Shown one piece after another: positions 59,586-64,000 of a DNA stretch of 64,000 nt. Below the pieces are notes generated by a model. It had not been told where the DNA came from and did not search any database. It saw only the letters and a list, made by a program, of their open reading frames with translations. The stretch is from an uncultured Gemmatimonadaceae bacterium. GTDB lineage: Bacteria; Gemmatimonadota; Gemmatimonadetes; Gemmatimonadales; Gemmatimonadaceae. Numbering within the stretch: position 1 is the stretch's first letter; every line of letters begins with the position of its first letter. The stretch spans positions 3,168,001 through 3,232,000 of the forward strand of contig CAWJMB010000002.1 in assembly GCA_963843845.1 (NCBI GenBank). The letters run 5' to 3'. The position numbers and the translations under genes are program-made.

Positions 59586-61328
59586 ATGGCGACGATCCCG
59601 ATCCTGCTCGACGCGCGCCCGCGCTACCTCGGCGCCGTGGGCTCGCTGCTGTTGCTGCCGACGGGCGCGGGGCTGCTGCTCGACGAGATCGCGCAGGCGG
59701 CGGCCGCGGTCACGGCGCACGCGCCGCTCGTGCTGCCGCTGTTCACGCACGACGCGGACTACCTGCTCGCGCTCCGGGAGCGCGGCGTCGCGCCGTCCGA
59801 CATCGTCAGCGCCGCGGTGTTCCGCGACCCGCTCGCGCGCTTCGAGCCGTCCGACCAGTTCCTGCTCGTCTCGCCGGCGTGCTACCCGGCCGACGGGCTC
59901 GACCTGCGCCGGCTCCGCGACGCACACGCGGACGCGCGGATGCTGCGCCACCTGCTCGCGTTCGAGACGTCGACGTTAGGCACCAAGGAGCTCGTGCAGC
60001 CCGGCTCGGACGGCCGGCTGCGCCGCATCCAGCGCTACTTCGAGCCGGTGACGTGGCCGTTCCCCGCCGGCGTCATCGCGTCGCTCGTGCCGGTCGCGTG
60101 CGTGCTGACGGGGGCCGAGGCGCCGTGGGAGTCGCTGGCCGACCTGCGCCGCACACTCGCCGCGCGCGGGGTGCCGAGTCAGGACGTGCCGTTCCACGAC
60201 CGCTTCTTCCATCTCGACGACGAGAGCGGCGCGCTGTCGCTCGGCGAGCTGCGCGTGCACGAGCTGACGCGTGCCGAGGCGACGCGACGGCGCGGGCCGA
60301 TCGAGCCGGTCGTCGTCGGCGACGGCGCGATCGTGCACCCGAGCGCGCGGCTCGTCGGCCCGGTCGTGATCGGCGAAGGGGTCGAGATCTGCGAGGACGC
60401 GTTGATCATCGGGCCCACGCTGCTGGGCGGTGGCGCGCGGATCGGTCGCGGGGCGGTCGTCGCGCAGTGCCTCGTGCCGTCCGGCGTTCACGTCGACGCG
60501 CGCGCCGAGCTGCGCCACGGTGTCGCGGGGAGCGGGCCGCAGGCCGGGCGGCGCGGACCGAGCCAGCAGCGGCATACCGCGTCCGCGGCGCCGCCGGAGT
60601 CGGCCGCCGCGACGTCGTCGTATCCGGCGATCAAGGGAGTCGTCGAGCCGGTGCTCGCGTCGATCGTGCTGCTCGCGCTGGCGCCGCTGTTCGCGATCGT
60701 CGCGCTGCTCGTCGTGGCGACCTCGCGCGGGCCGGCGTTCTACGGCGACCCGCGCGAGGGGAAGGACGGACGGTCGTTCCGCTGCTGGAAGTTCCGCAGC
60801 ATGCGACGCGACGCGAACATGCTGCAGCGCGCGCTGATGGCCGCGCAGCAGCTCGACGGGCCGCAGTTCAAGATGGACCACGACCCGCGCGTCACGACCG
60901 TCGGGCGGTGGCTGCGGCGGCTGAACGTCGACGAGCTGCCGCAGCTGTGGAACGTCGCGCGGGGCGAGATGAGCTTCGTCGGCCCGCGCCCGTCGCCGTT
61001 CCGCGAGAACCAGATCTGCGTGCCGTGGCGGCATGGGCGGCTCTCCGTGCGGCCGGGGATCACGGGACTCTGGCAGGTGTGCCGGCGGGACCGCGCGTCG
61101 GGCGACTTCCATCAGTGGATCCACTACGACCTGCTGTACGTGCGGCACGTGTCGTTCGCGGTCGACGTCCGCATTCTCGTCGCGACGATCGTCACGCTGG
61201 GCGGGCGCCGGCCGGTGGCGATCGAGCGGATCGTGCCGCGCGCCAGGACAGCCGCGGCGACGAGCGCGCGGGCCGCATCGCCGACCCGCGTGCGACGGCC
61301 GACGCGGCGGCGGGAGCGCGTCGGATGA
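59586..61328 (+). CDS. Priming sugar-phosphate transferase (Bac_transf) with N-terminal NTP-transferase-like and LbH domains
   Basis: WKFRSM, DPRVT.VGRWLR, DELPQLWNV.RGEMSFVGPRP and PGITGLWQV. Confidence 0.9.
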   Translation: MATIPILLDARPRYLGAVGSLLLLPTGAGLLLDEIAQAAAAVTAHAPLVLPLFTHDADYLLALRERGVAPSDIVSAAVFRDPLARFEPSDQFLLVSPACYPADGLDLRRLRDAHADARMLRHLLAFETSTLGTKELVQPGSDGRLRRIQRYFEPVTWPFPAGVIASLVPVACVLTGAEAPWESLADLRRTLAARGVPSQDVPFHDRFFHLDDESGALSLGELRVHELTRAEATRRRGPIEPVVVGDGAIVHPSARLVGPVVIGEGVEICEDALIIGPTLLGGGARIGRGAVVAQCLVPSGVHVDARAELRHGVAGSGPQAGRRGPSQQRHTASAAPPESAAATSSYPAIKGVVEPVLASIVLLALAPLFAIVALLVVATSRGPAFYGDPREGKDGRSFRCWKFRSMRRDANMLQRALMAAQQLDGPQFKMDHDPRVTTVGRWLRRLNVDELPQLWNVARGEMSFVGPRPSPFRENQICVPWRHGRLSVRPGITGLWQVCRRDRASGDFHQWIHYDLLYVRHVSFAVDVRILVATIVTLGGRRPVAIERIVPRARTAAATSARAASPTRVRRPTRRRERVG

Positions 61329-62512
61329 CACCCGCGTCCACGACGGTCGGCACGCTCGCGTTCGGTGCTCTCGCGTCCGGCACGCTCGCCTTCGGCACGC
61401 TCGCAGCCCCGGCGGCCGCGCAGAGCGGGCCGTTCGCCGTCCGCGTGTCCGCCGAAGCCGGCGGGGGCTACGAGAGCAACGTGCGCTTCCAGCGCGCCGA
61501 CGATGCGGGCGACATCGCGCGCCGCCTGCGTGTCGCCGCCGGTGCGGCGCTGCGGAGCCGGCGCGCCGACCTCACGCTCTCCGCGGCCGGCGACGCGACG
61601 TCGTACCAGACGCTGCGCGATCTCGACCGGCTCACCTACCAGCTCGCCCTCGACGCGGGGCGTGCGCTCACGCCCCGGCTGCGCGTGCAGGGCGGCGCCG
61701 TGGCGCGCCGCAGCCAGGCGTCGACGATCGAGCAGCACGGCGTGACGCTTCCACTCGTCGCGCTCACGACGTCCGACGCGTTCGGGGGAGCGCTGAGTGG
61801 CGCCTACCGCCTCACGCCGCGCACCACCGTGCTCGCCGCGACGTCGTTCACCGACGTGCGCTTCGACGCGACCGCACTCGCCGGCGGCACGACCGCGACG
61901 GCCGAGGCGAGCGTCGACCGACGCACCGCGCCGCGGGCGACGCTCGGCGTTCGCTATCACGGTGAGCGGACCGCGCTCGCGGCGCAGACGCTGACGAGCC
62001 ACGCGCTCACCGGCGAGTGGTCGGCGGCGCGCGGCACGCTGTCGCTCCGCGCGCGCGGCGGCGTCGCGCTGAGCGGCGCCGCGGCCACGCCGGCCGGCGA
62101 TACGCTCGCGACGCCGCGCACCAGCGCACGCGCGACACCGCGCCCGGTCGGCGCGGTCGGCGACCTGACGCTCGAGCGGCGGCGCGGCGCGCTCGCGGTC
62201 GCGCTCGCCGCGGGGCGCGCGGTCTCACCGGCGTTAGGCATCGGCCGCGTGCTCGCCACGGAGCACGTCGGCGCGACCGTCGAGCGGGCGTCGCCGCGCG
62301 CGACCGTGCGCGCCGCGGTCGACCACGCGTGGAGCGCCGACCCGAGCGACCGCGCGCTGCAGCTGCGCGCGACGACCGCGTCGATCGACGCGCGCCATCC
62401 GATCGCCCGCTCGCGCAGCTGGATCGCGCTCGGCGCGTTCCTGCGCGAGCGGCGCGCGGTCGACGTGGTGCGCGACCACGGCGTCACCCTCGGACTCGGC
62501 GTCGCCCGCTGA
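61325..62512 (+). CDS. Outer-membrane beta-barrel of EPS export (EpsX/Wzp-like)
   Basis: Signal peptide AAA-Q, GGGYESNV and alternating beta-strand pattern; immediately upstream of the OPX gene. Confidence 0.6.
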   Translation: MTPASTTVGTLAFGALASGTLAFGTLAAPAAAQSGPFAVRVSAEAGGGYESNVRFQRADDAGDIARRLRVAAGAALRSRRADLTLSAAGDATSYQTLRDLDRLTYQLALDAGRALTPRLRVQGGAVARRSQASTIEQHGVTLPLVALTTSDAFGGALSGAYRLTPRTTVLAATSFTDVRFDATALAGGTTATAEASVDRRTAPRATLGVRYHGERTALAAQTLTSHALTGEWSAARGTLSLRARGGVALSGAAATPAGDTLATPRTSARATPRPVGAVGDLTLERRRGALAVALAAGRAVSPALGIGRVLATEHVGATVERASPRATVRAAVDHAWSADPSDRALQLRATTASIDARHPIARSRSWIALGAFLRERRAVDVVRDHGVTLGLGVAR

Positions 62513-62560
62513 CGACGTCCTACCCTGCCCGTCCCTGCCGACCCGTTCTCCTCTCCTGAC

Positions 62561-63154
62561 ATGCGCCTGCTCCGTCGACTCTCTCCCTTCCTCGCGCTCG
62601 CACTCGCGGCGTGCGCGGCACGCGGCCCCTACACGTGGGTCGACCGCTACGCGGCGCCGGCACCGAGCGGTGCGTACACCGTCGGCGTCGGCGACGTCGT
62701 GTCGGTGAGCGTCTTCGGCAGCGACCGGATGTCGGCGCGCTCGAAGGTACGCGCCGACGGGCGCATCTCGGTGCCGCTGCTGAACGACGTCGACGCGGTG
62801 GGACGCACGCCGACCGAGCTCGCCGCGGACATCGAGCGGCGGCTGCGCGCGGCCGAGATCGTGAACCAGCCGCGCGTCACCGTGCAGGTCGACGAGGTGC
62901 GTGCGCTCAGCGTCGCGGTGCTGGGCGCCGTGCCCCGCGCCGGCACCTACGCGCTCGATCAGGGCGCCGGCGTGGCGGAGGCGCTCGCGGCGGCCGGCGG
63001 GCTCACCGAGTTCGCGCACCGCGACCGGATCTACGTGCTGCGGCGCGGCCCGAAGCCGGAGCGCATCCGCTTCGCGTTCGACGCGCTGACGTCGGTCGCG
63101 AGTCGGGCCTCGGTGTTCCGCCTCCTCCCCGGCGACGTCGTCGTCGCCGAGTGA
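62561..63154 (+). CDS. wza: Short polysaccharide export (OPX/Wza-type) lipoprotein, Poly_export + one SLBB
   Basis: Lipobox LAA-C, YTVGVGD, VRADGRISVPLL, ALAAAGGLTEFA and LLPGDVVV. Confidence 0.88.
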   Translation: MRLLRRLSPFLALALAACAARGPYTWVDRYAAPAPSGAYTVGVGDVVSVSVFGSDRMSARSKVRADGRISVPLLNDVDAVGRTPTELAADIERRLRAAEIVNQPRVTVQVDEVRALSVAVLGAVPRAGTYALDQGAGVAEALAAAGGLTEFAHRDRIYVLRRGPKPERIRFAFDALTSVASRASVFRLLPGDVVVAE

Positions 63155-63161
63155 CGGGGCG

Positions 63162-63332
63162 ATGGGGAAGCTGCTGTTGAACTCGATCCTCATCGCCACG
63201 CTCGCGATCCCGATGCGTGCCGCGGGCGACCCGTCGCCCGTCCGCGGCGTGCGGCGCGCGGTGCTCGGCGTCGTCGCGTTCAACGCGTTCTACCTCGTCG
63301 CGATTCTCTACGTCCTGCCGCGCCTCGGATGA
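63162..63332 (+). CDS. 56-aa 2-TM small protein (not in ORF track)
   Basis: MGKLLLNSILIATLAIPMRAAGDPSPVRGVRRAVLGVVAFNAFYLVAILYVLPRLG*; fills the gap between wza and the next gene, with an ATGA overlap. Confidence 0.75.
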   Translation: MGKLLLNSILIATLAIPMRAAGDPSPVRGVRRAVLGVVAFNAFYLVAILYVLPRLG

Positions 63333-64000
63333 CCTTTCCGCTCCGTCCCACCGAACGCCGCCTCGAGGTGCGTCCCGCGCACGAGCGGTACACGCCGCAC
63401 GGCGGCTCGCCGATCGTGCACTCGGCGCATGCCGTGGAGCGGTACCTGATGCCGCCGTCGCCGGCCCCCGCCGCGCCGCCGGTGCCGCCGGTGCCGCCGG
63501 TGCCGCCGGTGGCTCCCGCCGAGCGGGTCGAGCCGCTCGTGGACCTCGCGCAGCTGCGCGAGCTGGCCGGCTTTCCGCTGCGCGCGGTGCGGCGCCGCCG
63601 GCGGCTCTGCGGGTGGCTCGCGGTCGGCGTCGTGGCGGCCGCCGTGCTCGCGGTCGTGCTGTCGCCGCGCACCTATCACGCCGAGTCGCGCATCCTCGCG
63701 CAGAAGAACGTCGTGATGCCGGCGCTGAACAACCCGAAGCGCGCCGTGCCGCTCGAGACCGACGGCCCGACGAAGCTCGCCGCGGAAGCGGTCATGAGCC
63801 GCGACAACCTCGTGCAGATCGTACAGGAGACGAACCTGCTCGCGCACGAGCACGAGTTCCGCTCGCCGGTCGGCCGCGTCGTCGCGCTCGGCATGGCGAA
63901 GCTCGGCTACGAGCGCACCGGCGCCGAGCGGCTCGACGCGATGGTCGAGCTGCTGCGCGAGCGGATGTGGGTCGACGCGAACGAGCAGACCGAAGGGACG
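63329..64000 (+). CDS. Polysaccharide co-polymerase / chain-length determinant (Wzc/Wzz-like), 5' part
   Basis: Manual translation gives a Pro-rich N-terminus, LRAVRRRR+TM, PRTYHAESRIL and MSRDNL; open to the window end. Confidence 0.8.
   Translation, partial: MTFPLRPTERRLEVRPAHERYTPHGGSPIVHSAHAVERYLMPPSPAPAAPPVPPVPPVPPVAPAERVEPLVDLAQLRELAGFPLRAVRRRRRLCGWLAVGVVAAAVLAVVLSPRTYHAESRILAQKNVVMPALNNPKRAVPLETDGPTKLAAEAVMSRDNLVQIVQETNLLAHEHEFRSPVGRVVALGMAKLGYERTGAERLDAMVELLRERMWVDANEQTEGT
63476..63511. repeat. 9-bp tandem repeat (CCGCCGGTG)x4 encoding (PPV)n
   Basis: Read directly. Confidence 0.85.

Overview
Very GC-rich (roughly 70-75% by eye), gene-dense bacterial chromosome segment. Gene content and style suggest Gemmatimonadota, which is an inference. 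It holds about 60 CDS: cheB (partial), an RlmL-like methyltransferase, msrPQ, recQ, mscS, osmC, sufE, a DUF1592/DUF1552/ankyrin cytochrome-c module, a TonB receptor with hmuTUV-like uptake genes, two PEP-CTERM proteins, antiporters, an SPFH/KirBac operon, marR-wrbA, alkA, and the start of a Wzx/Wzy-type exopolysaccharide locus. No rRNA, tRNA, CRISPR array, transposase or integrase was recognised. Highlights: (1) a ~1.7 kb lower-GC islet (43275-45131) inserted into the 3' end of the KirBac gene and bounded by 76-bp direct repeats, carrying a lipoprotein-type precursor whose 10-Cys, fulvocin-C-like C-terminus is hidden behind a frameshift, plus a 4-TM partner gene; (2) a non-palindromic octamer, CGTTAGGC, seen at least 17 times, which repeatedly forces the rare TTA codon or sits on stop codons; (3) a KirBac-like channel with a non-canonical selectivity filter coupled to an SPFH gene; (4) candidate sigma-54 promoters on stress-type genes; (5) about 14 single-base frameshifts between 18 and 50 kb that are probably sequencing or assembly errors. 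All family calls come from motif recognition by eye, not database searches, and many start codons are best guesses.
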